This document shows, in pieces, positions 11,319 to 27,874 of a stretch of 64,000 nt of DNA. The position numbers and the translations under genes are program-made. The notes below the pieces were generated by a model. The model worked only from the letters and a program-made list of their open reading frames with translations. It made no database searches and was not told the origin of the DNA. The first letter of the stretch is position 1, and each line of letters starts with the position of its first letter. The DNA is from Eledone cirrhosa (Eukaryota), in NCBI GenBank assembly GCA_964016885.1, contig OZ024765.1:20832001-20896000 (forward strand), written 5' to 3'.

Positions 11319-11470
11319 CATATATAATATATATATATATATGTATATATATATACATATATATACATGTATATATATATATACATATATTATATATACA
11401 TATATATATATACATGTATATATATATATACATATATATACATGTATATATATATATACATATATAATAC

Positions 11471-11518
<48 letters not shown>

Positions 11519-11712
11519 CATATATATATACATACACATATATACATACATGTATATATATATATACATATATATATACATATATATATACATATATATA
11601 TACATATATATATACATACACATATATACATACATGTATATATATATATATATACATACACATATATACATACATGTATATATATATATATATATACACA
11701 TATATACATACA

Positions 11713-11744
<32 letters not shown>

Positions 11745-12043
11745 CATACATGTATATATATATATATACATATATATATACATACATGTATATATATATA
11801 TATACATATATATATACATATATATATATATATACATATATATATACATACATGTATATATATATATACATGTATATATACATACATGTATATATATATA
11901 TATACATGTATATATATATATACATATATATATACATATATATATACATATATATATATATACATATATATATACATATATATATACATATATATATACA
12001 TATATATATACATACATATATATATACATACATATATATATAC

Positions 12044-12074
<31 letters not shown>

Positions 12075-12087
12075 CATATATATATAC

Positions 12088-12118
<31 letters not shown>

Positions 12119-12133
12119 CATATATATATATAC

Positions 12134-12182
<49 letters not shown>

Positions 12183-12422
12183 CATATATATATATACATA
12201 TATATATACATACATACATATATATATACATACATACATACATATATATAAATACATACATATATACATATATATATATACATATATACATATACATACA
12301 TATATATATATACATACATATATATATATACATATATATATATACATACATATATATATATACATATATATATATACATATATATATATACATACATATA
12401 TATATATACATATATATATATA

Positions 12423-12456
<34 letters not shown>

Positions 12457-12541
12457 ACAATATATACATATATATATATACATATATATAATACATATAT
12501 ATATATACATATATATATATACATATATATATATAATATAC

Positions 12542-12572
<31 letters not shown>

Positions 12573-12976
12573 CATATATATATACATATACATATACACA
12601 TATATATATATACATATATATACATATATATATACATATACATATACATATATATATATACATATATATATACATATACATATACATATAAATATATACA
12701 TATATATACATATATATATATACATATATATATATCCATATATATATATACATATATATATATAAATATATATATATATACACATATATATATACATATA
12801 CATATATATACACATATATATATACATATACATATATATATATACACATATATATATACATATACATATATATATATATACACATATATATATACATATA
12901 CATATATATATAATATATACACATATATATATACATATACATATATATATATATACACATATATATATACATATAC

Positions 12977-13007
<31 letters not shown>

Positions 13008-13587
13008 CATATATATATACATATACATATATATATATATACATATACATATATATATATATACATATACATATATATACATATACATATATATATATAC
13101 ATATACATATATATATATACATATATACATATACATATATATATATACATATACATATATATATACATATACATATATATATATACATATACATATATAT
13201 ATATACATATACATATATATATATACATATACATATATATATACATATATATATACATATACATATATATATACAAATACATTATATATATACATATACA
13301 TATATATATACATATACATATATATATACATATACATATATATATACATATATATATACATATACATATATATATACATATACATATATATATACATATA
13401 CATATATATATACATATACATATATATATACATATACATATATATATACATATACATATATATATACATATATATATACATATACATATATATATACATA
13501 TACATATATATATACGTATACATATATATATACATATACATATATATATACATATATATATACATATACATATATATATATATATAC

Positions 13588-13618
<31 letters not shown>

Positions 13619-13735
13619 CATATATATATACATATATATATACATATACATATATATATACATATACATATATATATACATATACATATATATATATATA
13701 TATACATATATATATACATATATATATACATATAC

Positions 13736-13793
<58 letters not shown>

Positions 13794-13851
13794 ATACATA
13801 TACATATATATATACATATATATATACATATACATATATATATACATATAC

Positions 13852-13885
<34 letters not shown>

Positions 13886-13897
13886 ATACATATACAT

Positions 13898-13928
<31 letters not shown>

Positions 13929-13987
13929 CATATATATATATACATATATATATACATATATACATATACATATATATATACATATAC

Positions 13988-14035
<48 letters not shown>

Positions 14036-14139
14036 ATATATATATACATATATATATACATATACAGATATATATATATATATACATATATATATACATA
14101 TATATATACATATATATATACATATATATATACATATAC

Positions 14140-14189
<50 letters not shown>

Positions 14190-14413
14190 ATACATATATA
14201 TATACATATACATATATATATATATACATATATATATATTATATATATACATATACATATATATATATATACATATACATATATATATATACATATACAT
14301 ATATATATACATATATATATATACATGTATATACATACATATACACATATATATACATGTATATACATACATATACACATATATATACATGTATATACAT
14401 ACATATACACATA

Positions 14414-14450
<37 letters not shown>

Positions 14451-14470
14451 GTATATATAAATATACATAT
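11001..14470. repeat. Compound (TA)n/TACA microsatellite
   Basis: Directly visible. Confidence 0.98.
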
Positions 14471-14740
14471 ATCATCATCATCAACGTTTAACGTCCGTGT
14501 TCCACGCTTGCATGGGTTTGGACGGGAGTTTTCCCACTTGAGGCAAGAGTGATTGTCTTGCTCGCATAGGACTGTCTGGCGGGTTTTCTACAGCTGGATG
14601 CCCTTCCTAACACCAACCACATTTACAGTGTGGGGCTGGGAGGTTTTTACCATGTTACCTACATGGCCACATTACAGCGTGGACTGTGTGTTTCTTTGTC
14701 GAGACACCTACACGACCTCATTTGTTTCGGCCTGGATGTT
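14471..14740 (-). mobile_element. RTE LINE 3' UTR fragment
   Basis: Colinear with 43031-43315. Confidence 0.85.
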
Positions 14741-14803
14741 ATATACATATATATAAATATACATATATACATATATAGATACATATACACACATACATAT
14801 ATA

Positions 14804-14843
<40 letters not shown>

Positions 14844-14844
14844 T

Positions 14845-14916
14845 GTAGGAGGTGAGTTTTATTGTAGTACAATAACGCAATGCAGATATCGGATAAGAAG
14901 CACTCTACAGTTTGTA
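14845..14916 (-). repeat. Fragment of the family A hammerhead element (downstream part)
   Basis: Reverse complement resembles ~808-880. Confidence 0.75.
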
Positions 14917-15210
14917 GATATATATACATATATATATATTCATATATATATATATTCATATATATATATTCATATATATATATACATATATATATATATT
15001 CATATATATATATATTCATATATATATATATTCATATATATATATATTCATATATATATATATTCATATATATATATATTCATGATATATATATATTCAT
15101 ATATATATATATTCATATATATATATATTCATATATATATATATTCATATATATATATATTCATATATATATATATTCATATATATATATATACATATAT
15201 ATATATATTC

Positions 15211-15241
<31 letters not shown>

Positions 15242-15258
15242 CATATATATATATATTC

Positions 15259-15321
<63 letters not shown>

Positions 15322-15396
15322 CATATATATATATTCATATATATATATACATATATATATATTCATATATATATATTCATATATATATATTCATAT

Positions 15397-18300
15397 GTGA
15401 ATATAGACATAGAATATTCGAAAATATTCTGTATGTTTATAATAAACATTTTGAAGACCTAATCGCTATAGAATAGAATACGTCACGTATTACAATTAGA
15501 TTCTCGATAAAAGCAAGGGAAGTAAGTCTACGCGTTTCATTCTTGTTAGAATTCATCAGGACTACATATCCAGTGCTTTTATCGAGAAATGACACAGCTA
15601 GAGACTTATAGAATACTTAGCTGTGTACAGGAACTGGTTTGAAAGAGCGGTTGCCGGTCCGGCAGAAATTAGAAATTGGAATAAATGCTCTGAAATAGCG
15701 ATATATATGTGAATATAGACATAGAATATTCGAAAATATTCTGTATGTTTATAATAAACATTTTGAAGACCTAATCGCTATAGAATAGAATACGTCACGT
15801 ATTACAATTAGATTCTCGATAAAAGCAAGGGAAGTAAGTCTACGCGTTTCATTCTTGTTAGAATTCATCAGGACTACATATCCAGTGCTTTTATAGAGAA
15901 TGACACAGCTAGAGACTTATAGAATACTTAGCTGTGTACAGGAACTGGTTTGAAAGAGCGGTTGCCGGTCCGGCAGAAATTAGAAATTGGAATAAATGCT
16001 CTGAAATAGCGATATATATGTGAATATAGACATAGAATATTCGAAAATATTCTGTATGTTTATAATAAACATTTTGAAGACCTAATCGCTATAGAATAGA
16101 ATACGTCACGTATTACAATTAGATTCTCGATAAAAGCAAGGGAAGTAAGTCTACGCGTTTCATTCTTGTTAGAATTCATCAGGACTACATATCCAGTGCT
16201 TTTATCGAGAATGACACAGCTAGAGACTTATAGAATACTTAGCTGTGTACAGGAACTGGTTTGAAAGAGCGGTTGCCGGTCCGGCAGAAATTAGAAATTG
16301 GAATAAATGCTCTGAAATAGCGATATATATGTGAATATAGACATAGAATATTCGAAAATATTCTGTATGTTTATAATAAACATTTTGAAGACCTAATCGC
16401 TATAGAATAGAATACGTCACGTATTACAATTAGATTCTCGATAAAAGCAAGGGAAGTAAGTCTACGCGTTTCATTCTTGTTAGAATTCATCAGGACTACA
16501 TATCCAGTGCTTTTATCGAGAATGACACAGCTAGAGACTTATAGAATACTTAGCTGTGTACAGGAACTGGTTTGAAAGAGCGGTTGCCGGTCCGGCAGAA
16601 ATTAGAAATTGGAATAAATGCTCTGAAATAGCGATATATATGTGAATATAGACATAGAATATTCGAAAATATTCTGTATGTTTATAATAGACATTTTGAA
16701 GACCTAATCGCTATAGAATAGAATACGTCACGTATTACAATTAGATTCTCGATAAAAGCAAGGGAAGTAAGTCTACGCGTTTCATTCTTGTTAGAATTCA
16801 TCAGGACTACATATCCAGTGCTTTTATCGAGAATGACACAGCTAGAGACTTATAGAATACTTAGCTGTGTACAGGAACTGGTTTGAAAGAGCGGTTGCCG
16901 GTCCGGCAGAAATTAGAAATTGGAATAAATGCTCTGAAATAGCGATATATATGTGAATATAGACATAGAATATTCGAAAATATTCTGTATGTTTATAATA
17001 AACATTTTGAAGACCTAATCGCTATAGAATAGAATACGTCACGTATTACAATTAGATTCTCGATAAAAGCAAGGGAAGTAAGTCTACGCGTTTCATTCTT
17101 GTTAGAATTCATCAGGACTACATATCCAGTGCTTTTATCGAGAATGACACAGCTAGAGACTTATAGAATACTTAGCTGTGTACAGGAACTGGTTTGAAAG
17201 AGCGGTTGCCGGTCCGGCAGAAATTAGAAATTGGAATAAATGCTCTGAAATAGCGATATATATGTGAATATAGACATAGAATATTCGAAAATATTCTGTA
17301 TGTTTATAATAAACATTTTGAAGACCTAATCGCTATAGAATAGAATACGTCACGTATTACAATTAGATTCTCGATAAAAGCAAGGGAAGTAAGTCTACGC
17401 GTTTCATTCTTGTTAGAATTCATCAGGACTACATATCCAGTGCTTTTATCGAGAATGACACAGCTAGAGACTTATAGAATACTTAGCTGTGTACAGGAAC
17501 TGGTTTGAAAGAGCGGTTGCCGGTCCGGCAGAAATTAGAAATTGGAATAAATGCTCTGAAATAGCGATATATATGTGAATATAGACATAGAATATTCGAA
17601 AATATTCTGTATGTTTATAATAAACATTTTGAAGACCTAATCGCTATAGAATAGAATACGTCACGTATTACAATTAGATTCTCGATAAAAGCAAGGGAAG
17701 TAAGTCTACGCGTTTCATTCTTGTTAGAATTCATCAGGACTACATATCCAGTGCTTTTATCGAGAATGACACAGCTAGAGACTTATAGAATACTTAGCTG
17801 TGTACAGGAACTGGTTTGAAAGAGCGGTTGCCGGTCCGGCAGAAATTAGAAATTGGAATAAATGCTCTGAAATAGCGATATATATGTGAATATAGACATA
17901 GAATATTCGAAAATATTCTGTATGTTTATAATAAACATTTTGAAGACCTAATCGCTATAGAATAGAATACGTCACGTATTACAATTAGATTCTCGATAAA
18001 AGCAAGGGAAGTAAGTCTACGCGTTTCATTCTTGTTAGAATTCATCAGGACTACATATCCAGTGCTTTTATCGAGAATGACACAGCTAGAGACTTATAGA
18101 ATACTTAGCTGTGTACAGGAACTGGTTTGAAAGAGCGGTTGCCGGTCCGGCAGAAATTAGAAATTGGAATAAATGCTCTGAAATAGCGATATATATGTGA
18201 ATATAGACATAGAATATTCGAAAATATTCTGTATGTTTATAATAAACATTTTGAAGACCTAATCGCTATAGAATAGAATACGTCACGTATTACAATTAGA

Positions 18301-18644
18301 TTCTCGATAAAAGCAAGGGAAGTAAGTCTACGCGTTTCATTCTTGTTAGAATTCATCAGGACTACATATCCAGTGCTTTTATCGAGAATGACACAGCTAG
18401 AGACTTATAGAATACTTAGCTGTGTACAGGAACTGGTTTGAAAGAGCGGTTGCCGGTCCGGCAGAAATTAGAAATTGGAATAAATGCTCTGAAATAGCGA
18501 TATATATGTGAATATAGACATAGAATATTCGAAAATATTCTGTATGTTTATAATAAACATTTTGAAGACCTAATCGCTATAGAATAGAATACGTCACGTA
18601 TTACAATTAGATTCTCGATAAAAGCAAGGGAAGTAAGTCTACGC
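15397..18644 (-). mobile_element. Retrozyme-like tandem array: 10 full plus 1 partial 311-bp units, each full unit with a hammerhead ribozyme
   Basis: Units start at 15397, 15709, 16020, 16331, 16642, 16953, 17264, 17575, 17886, 18197, 18508. Minus strand: AGTC-CTGATGA-ATTCT-AACA-AGAAT-GAAA-CGCG-TA-GACT. Confidence 0.88.
15501..15588 (-). ncRNA. Type I hammerhead ribozyme, family C (first of ten copies)
   Basis: Canonical core, GUA triplet, predicted cleavage between 15529 and 15528. Stem I extended by a 15-bp helix TTCTCGATAAAAGCA/TGCTTTTATCGAGAA. Confidence 0.9.
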
Positions 18645-18756
18645 ATATATATATAAGTAAGTCTATTCATATATATATATTCATATATATATATACATAT
18701 ATATATAAAATAAAGTTAAATAAAAGTCAAATGATTAAAATTTAGCTTCGTTTATT

Positions 18757-18811
18757 ACTGCTATATATATTTCAGTGACAGCCATCTTTGGCTGTGACCT
18801 CTTCAGGCAGT
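18757..18811 (-). ncRNA. Type I minimal hammerhead ribozyme, family D
   Basis: Minus: ACTGC-CTGAAGA-GGTCACAGCCA-AAGA-TGGCTGTCACT-GAAA-TATATA-TA-GCAGT. Confidence 0.82.
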
Positions 18812-18925
18812 TTGAATTAGTATGGTATAGACAAGTACATATGTTGTTTAGGTGTATGATATTGTCAATACTCTGATATGCCCAGTTCCTTGCTGGGTTG
18901 TTAATTCACTGGGGAACTGGAGTCA

Positions 18926-18991
<66 letters not shown>

Positions 18992-19024
18992 CATATATAC
19001 ATATATATATATACATATATATAT

Positions 19025-19057
<33 letters not shown>

Positions 19058-19322
19058 TATATACATCTATATATACATCTATACATCTATATATACATCT
19101 ATATATACACATCTATATATACATCTATATATACATATATATATATACATATATATATACACATCAATATATACATCTATATATACATCTATATATACAT
19201 CTATATATACATCTATATATACATCTATATATACATATATACATATATATATACATATATATATACATATATATATACATATATATATACATATATCTAT
19301 ATATACATATATCTATATATAC

Positions 19323-19351
<29 letters not shown>

Positions 19352-19353
<2 letters not shown>

Positions 19354-21012
19354 ACTTTGAATAACTTTGAAATGTTTTGGCCAGTATTGGCCCAGGCCAT
19401 GTCTAACTTAATAGCACCACCTGGCGAAGTCTTTCAATTCAGGATTTGGGCACCATGGCCCATTCGAGAAGAGAATTACTGTTTGTGGAGACATATCCGG
19501 GTGTGGGTGGTTTGTCCGGGATTACTTGGAGGAATTTGTCCAAAGACTTCTTGAATTTTGTGTGGTCAGTTTCTGTTTTGACGTGTCCTGGTGTGATGTT
19601 GAAGAGAGCAGGGCCGATTGAGGTGAAATAATTGTGCCGTATTGTTGTTATGAGTTGCGATTTAGATTTTTGAATGGGACGGATAGCACGGGGCCCAAGC
19701 CTTGGGTGTATCTTGAAGGCGATGCCAACATCATTTGGGCAGTGATGATGGAACATTTTCCACATCATGCAGATAATATAACGCTCACGGCGACGTTGGA
19801 GTGAGTAAAGTTTCAGGTTTTCTAATCGACCCCAGTAGTCAAGGTCTGACATGCCATCTATCTTTTTCGTGATTGCCCTTTGAGGAGCTTCAAGTTTCAT
19901 GATACTTTGTTTCGTGTGGGGAGACCACAGTGGACAACAGTATTCAAGGTGTGGTCGGGCGAAAGTAGAGAAGAGAAGGATAATGGTGCGGGAATCTCTC
20001 GACTGGAAGGTTCTGAGGATCCAGGAACACATTCTGCGGGCCATGTCAACTTTGCTGCTTATATGCGTGGTCCAGCTTATGTTGCTGTCCACGGTTACTC
20101 CCAAGTCTCTGATGTTGTTAGATGCCACGAGAGTTTCCCCGGAGGGAAGGGAGTACGGGAGTTTCAGAGCATCCTCTTTTACAAAGTGGATCAGTTCGAA
20201 TTTGTCTTCGTTCAGTAACATGTTGTTCTTTTCTGCCCATTGGGTAACAGCCAGTAGGTCTGACTGAAGGCTTATCCGGTCATCCACGCCATTGATGACC
20301 TTTTGGAGCTTGGAATCATCAGCGAAAATTTTAATGTTGCTGTGTTTGATGATGTCAGTGATGTCATTAATATAGATGATGAAGAGAAGTGGGCCCAACA
20401 CAGTGCCTTGTGGGACCCCACTACTGACTTTGGCTGGGCTTGATTTGACTCCCTCAACTACAACATGTTGGGTTCTGTTTGACAGGAAGCTCTTGATCCA
20501 CTGCAGCAGCTTTCCAGTGACACCAATATTGGACAGCTTTCTCAGTAGAATGTTATGATCAACCCTGTCAAAGGCCTTGCTGAAATCAAGGTAGATAACA
20601 TCAGTGTTGGAACCCTCTCCCAAGGCTCTCAAAATGTCATCAAAGTGATGCAGTAGCTGCGTCAGGCAATCCCTTCCATTACGGAATCCATGCTGGTTGG
20701 AGTTCAGCATATTGTTACTCTCAAGGAAGTGGGTCATTCGCGATCTCACCACTCGCTCAAATACCTTAATGATATGAGAGGTGAGTGAGATTGGACGGTA
20801 ATTCACGGCAAGGGATTTGTTTCCCTTTTTGAAAACTGGGACAACAGACTGGGATAGAAGGTTTTCTGGCACATATCCAGCATCCAGTGAGTTCCGCCAC
20901 AGATTGGCAAGAGGAGATGCAAGTTGGTGTTGACACGCCTTCAAGAAACAAGCAGTGAACCTTTCGGGACCTACTGCTGAATTATGCTTGATTTCCTTTA
21001 TTGCCGCCAAGA
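19352..21012 (-). mobile_element. 5'-truncated CR1-clade LINE with open RT domain (19439-21012)
   Basis: [44 protein letters not shown]. Duplicated ATAACTTTGA terminal repeat. Confidence 0.92.
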
Positions 21013-23020
21013 CATATATACATATACATATATATACATACATATACATATATACATATATATATACATACATATACATATACATATATACATATACATA
21101 TATACATATATATATACATATATACATATATATATACATATACATATATACATATATATATATACATATACATATATACATATATACATATATATATATA
21201 CATATATATATATATACATATACATACATACATATACATATATACATATACATACATATATATATATACATATACATATATACATATATATATATACATA
21301 TACACATATACATATATACATATACATATATACATATACATATATATATATACATATATATATATACATATATATATATACATATATATATATACATATA
21401 TATATATACATATATATATATACATATATATATATACATATATATATATACATATATATATATACATATATATATATACATATATATATACACATATATA
21501 TATACACATATATATATACACATATATATATACACATATATATATACACATATATATATATACACATATATATATACACACATATATATACATATATATA
21601 TACATATATATATACATATATATATACATATATATACATATATATATACATATATATATACATATATATATACATATATATATACATATATATATACATA
21701 TATATATACATATATATATACATATATATATACATATATATATACATATATATATACATATATATATACATATATATATACATATATTTATACATATATA
21801 TATACATATATATATACATATACATATATATATACATATATACATATATATATACATATATATATACATATATATATACATATATACATATATATATACA
21901 TATATATATACATATATATATACATATATATATACATATATACATATATATATACATATATACATATATATATATACATATACATATACATATACATACA
22001 TATATACATATACACATATACATATACATATATATACATATATACATATATACATATACACATATATATATATACATATACATATATACATATATATATA
22101 TACATATACATATATACATATACATATATACATATACATATACATATATACATATACACATATACATATACACATATACATATATACATATACATATATA
22201 CATATACATATATACATATACACATATACATATATACATATACATATATACATATACATATATACATATACATATATACATATACATATATACATATACA
22301 TATATACATATACATATATACATATATACATATACATATATACATATACATATATACATATACATATATACATATACATATATACATATACATATATACA
22401 TATACATATATACATATACATATATACATATACATATATACATATACATATATACATATACATATACATATATACATATACACATATACATATATACATA
22501 TACATATATACATATATATATATACATATATACATATACATATATACATATACATATATACATATACATATATACATATATATATATACACATATATATA
22601 TATACATATATATATATACATATATATATATACATATATATATATACATATATACATATACATATATACATATATATATATACATATATACATATATATA
22701 TATACATATATATATATACATATATATATATACATATATATATATACATATATATATATACATATATATATATACATATATATATATACATATATATATA
22801 TACATATATATATACATATATATATATACATATATACATATATACACATATATATATATACATATATACACATATATATATATACATATATACATATATA
22901 CACATATATATATATACATATATACACATATATATATATACATATATACACATATATATATATACATATATACACATATATATATATACATATATACACA
23001 TATATATATATACATATATA

Positions 23021-23051
<31 letters not shown>

Positions 23052-23097
23052 ACATATATACACACATATATATATATATATATATATATCCATATAT

Positions 23098-23131
<34 letters not shown>

Positions 23132-24044
23132 CCATATATACACACATATATATACACATATATATATATATATCCATATATACACACATATATATATAAT
23201 ATATATATATATATATACATATATACACATATATATATAATATATATATATATATATACATATATACACATATATATATATATATATATATACATATATA
23301 TATACATATAAAGAATGAATAATAACAGGTAGACATCATAAAAAGGTAATTTATTCCGTGTGCTTACAAGTGTTTCCACGGTGGTACTGCAGCCTAGTTA
23401 CGCTACGTGCAAATTCACAAGTACTTGCAGAACTCAAATATCCAATGCTGTGACCTCTGTTTCCGATAATCCTATACCTAATATATATATACATATATAT
23501 ATACATATATACATATACATATATATATATACATATATATATATACATATATATATATACATATATATATACACATATATATATACACATATATATATAT
23601 ACATATATACACATATATATATACACATATATATATACACATATATATATACACATATATATATACACATATATATATACATATACACATATGTATATAC
23701 ACATATACATATACATATATACATATACGTATATACACATATATATACATATATACATATACGTATATACACATATATATACATATACATATATACATAT
23801 ACATATATACACATATATATATATACATATACATATATACACATATATATATATACATATACATATATACACATATATATACATATACATATACATATAT
23901 ACACATATATATACATATACATATATACATATACACACATATATATACATATACATATACATATATACACATATATATACATATACATATACATATATAT
24001 ACATATACATACATATACATATATATACATATACAGATATATAC

Positions 24045-24075
<31 letters not shown>

Positions 24076-24442
24076 CATATAGATATATATACATATAGAT
24101 ATATATACATATAGATATATATACATATAGATATATACATATAGATATATACATATAGATATATACATATAGATATATACATATAGATATATACATATAG
24201 ATATATACATATAGATATATACATATAGATATATACATATATACATACATATATACATATATATATATACATATATACATATATATAGATATATACATAT
24301 ATACATATATATATATACATACAAACATATATATACATACATACATACATACATATACATACATATACACATATACATATACACACACACACATATACAC
24401 ACACATATATACACACACACACACATACACACACACACACAC
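21013..24442. repeat. Compound TA/TACA/TAGA microsatellite with a small unique island (23310-23480)
   Basis: Directly visible. Confidence 0.95.
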
Positions 24443-24694
24443 AGTTTTAATGGTAAATACAGCCATGTCTAACTGGTGTGTCAAACAACAATTGTAGACT
24501 GTGATAGGCTATCAAGATTCAATATTGTTGCTGTTGCTGTTGTTATTTGACAGAAATGCTGCATTTATCAATCACATAATCAATAGGTTTTCTGTAATTA
24601 TTGTTAAGTTATCAATAACGAGGAACTGTTATAGATTATTTATAGATGTCAAATGTACGTATAATATGGTCGGCTTTGATCTTTTCATTATATA

Positions 24695-24717
24695 CACACT
24701 GGAGTAATGTGAGATAT

Positions 24718-24761
<44 letters not shown>

Positions 24762-24804
24762 GTGGAGTAATGTGATATATATATGTATGTATATATATAT
24801 ATAT

Positions 24805-24841
<37 letters not shown>

Positions 24842-24851
24842 GTTGAGTAAT

Positions 24852-24893
<42 letters not shown>

Positions 24894-24906
24894 GTGGAGT
24901 AATGTG

Positions 24907-24937
<31 letters not shown>

Positions 24938-24950
24938 GTGGAGTAATGTT
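24695..24950 (+). repeat. Minisatellite: five CACAGTGGAGTAATGTGA-like cores separated by variable (TA)n(CA)n
   Basis: Cores at ~24696, 24758, 24838, 24890, 24934. Confidence 0.9.
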
Positions 24951-24964
24951 ATATATATATATAT

Positions 24965-25299
24965 GGAGGCACATGGCTTAGTAGTTAGAGCATTGGCCTT
25001 GCAATCGAAAGGTTGTGAGTTCAATTCTCAGACCAGGTAATGTGTTGTTTCCTTGAGCAAGACACTTTATTTCACATTGCTCCAGTTTACTCAGCTGTAG
25101 AAATGAGATGATAGGGACTGGGGTCCCTATCATTCCACTGTAAAGTGGTTGTGGAGGTGCCACGGCAAAAAAGCACCCAGCACTCACTGTAAATGAGGTT
25201 GGTGTTAGGAAGGGCATCCAGCTGTAGAAATCAAGCCAGTATCAGTTCCCATCCCACCCTTGCAAGCAGGGAAAAGCGGACGTAAAATGATGTTGATGA
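24965..25299 (+). mobile_element. CORE-like SINE with RTE tail
   Basis: Duplicate of 9-343. Confidence 0.9.
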
Positions 25300-25325
25300 T
25301 ATATATATATATATATATATACATA

Positions 25326-25357
<32 letters not shown>

Positions 25358-25647
25358 GTAATAATAACAAATTCGAAGACTAAAATCCAAAGAGGGCTCG
25401 ATAAGGATAAATATATATCAAATATATAAGAACCGTAGAGCAAATATTTATTAAAATAACAGATTAAAGTTTAAGCAAAGAATATATATATATATGTATA
25501 TATGTATATATAGTATATTTGTTTGTGTTTTCGTTCTGTCAGCATTGTATTATATTTTTTATACAACTGGATAAAGATAATGCTGTGCAGATAAGTATAT
25601 AGGTCTGATTAGATGAGATACTAAAAACATATATATATATATATATA

Positions 25648-25711
25648 TTATCTGATGAGAACGCAAATATCATCCCATGATATTTGTTTTTGAAATGCGC
25701 ATAATAAAATA
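25648..25711 (+). ncRNA. Hammerhead ribozyme, family A
   Basis: Duplicate of 692-755. Confidence 0.75.
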
Positions 25712-25832
25712 GATGGAACTCTTTTAACCATCTTTTGATTTTATATTATTTATACTCCAGTCCTATAAACTGTTGAGTGCTACTTAACCGATATCTGCAT
25801 TGCTTTATTGTGCTACAATAAAACTCACCTCC

Positions 25833-25879
<47 letters not shown>

Positions 25880-26323
25880 TTAGATAGATATACATATATA
25901 CACAGATATATACATATATACACAGATATACTACATATATATATACAGATATACTACATATATATATACAGATATACTACATATATATACAGATATACTA
26001 CATATATATATATATAGAGAGAGAGATATACACACATATATATGCATACACACACACACATATATATATAGAGAGATATACACACATATGCATACACACA
26101 CACATATATATATAGAGAGATATACACATATATATGCATACACACACACATATATATAGAGAGAGATATACACACATGCATACACACACACACATATATA
26201 TAGAGAGAGATATACACATATATATGCATACACACACATATATATAGAGAGATATACACACATATATATATGCTTACACACACACATATATAGAGAGAGA
26301 GATATACACACATATATATGCAT

Positions 26324-26361
<38 letters not shown>

Positions 26362-26805
26362 GAAGTATTTCTGTAGGAAGGGTAAAGGAGAGGCTACAGA
26401 GCTATTTAATTATGTAATAAACAACATAAGACAATTATTCCATTTACCAAAGGTTTCACGAAGACAGACAAGCTCAACGGAGACGTTTCTGTTGAGCTTG
26501 TCTCTCTTTGTGAAACTTTTGGTAAATGGAATAATTGTCTTATGTTGTTTATTACATAATATATATATATATATATATATATATAGATTTTGAGTATATG
26601 TTGGTTGTATACCAACACCTCAGTATGCAGGCTGGAGCACTCGACGAAGTGCGCAGGTTGGTTTGGTTACTCCGGAGTAATGTAAAATAAAGTAAAATAA
26701 ATAAGTCAAATGTTTAAAATTTAGCCAAAGATGGCTGTCACCGAAATATATATAGCAGTAATAAACGAAGCTAAATTTTAAACATTTGACTTATTTATTT
26801 TACTT

Positions 26806-26845
<40 letters not shown>

Positions 26846-27874
26846 GTGAGGTTTTTTTTACAAATTGAAAAATAACCGAGGTGTTCTACACGAGTGAAAG
26901 TATAAAGAAAAAGTTCTTCTGCTTTTTAAAAGGTGAGTTGAGATGGAGGGTCTGTGGTAACTCACCTTTTGAAAAGCAGAAGAACTGCGAAACCGGTAAA
27001 GGAACCAAATAAATATATATATTTTTTTTAAAAATAAGACTCCAGTTGCATTTTTGATTTCATCTCTTTTTCTATATATATATATATTTATATATATATA
27101 TAACTGTTTCTACTTCTGGCACAAGGCCAGCAATTACCGAGTGTATTACTGGTACTTTTTTTTTTGGGGGGGGGGGAGTCGATTAGATCGACCCCAGTGC
27201 GTGACTGATACTTTATTTTATCGACCCCGTAAGGATGAAAGGCAAAGTTAACCTCGGCGGGATTTGAACTCAGAATGGCAAGGGCCGTAACTATGCGTCA
27301 AAGCATGGCGTCCAACCCTCTACTGATACTGCCAATCCATCAATATATATTGTTATACTTGGGGAGGGTCATATTGTTGTAATAATATTGGCAGAATTAA
27401 TAACAGAACACACTCACTGTTTGGTTGATTTTCGCTTCTGTATCTTTTATATCTTTTATATCTCCATAATTAATTTATTTGGCAATCAATGTTTATCATT
27501 GATTGACCAACAGTTAAAAATACAGATATAAATATATATGTATATAGTCTAACAAAGTTCTTTCGTTGCACATCTGTGACATCATCAGTGGTACTATTAT
27601 CATGTTTCCTCCTGTTGTGTTGTATTGTATGTCTACGCCATTTTTATTTTATTTATTTATTTCTTCTTGTCTCCGTCTCTGCTCATGTGTTTGCGTGTGT
27701 GTATAGTGTTTGGTGTGTGTTCATGTTTGGGTGACTGTGTATTGGTTTTTGTATTCTATCTTAGTTTACTAGTGTGTGTTTATATGTGTTTGTTGTTATT
27801 GTGCTTGTGTATATATCTATTTATATTTCCCTTAAGTCAGTATTGACAGCTAGATCCGAACTCATATTATATAT

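Noticed and set aside
23355-23382. Hammerhead 3' half GAAACACTTGTA on the minus strand
   Set aside because: No CUGANGA or stem II upstream.
24695-24950. CRISPR-like repeat-spacer appearance
   Set aside because: Spacers are only TA/CA runs, the context is eukaryotic and there are no cas genes.
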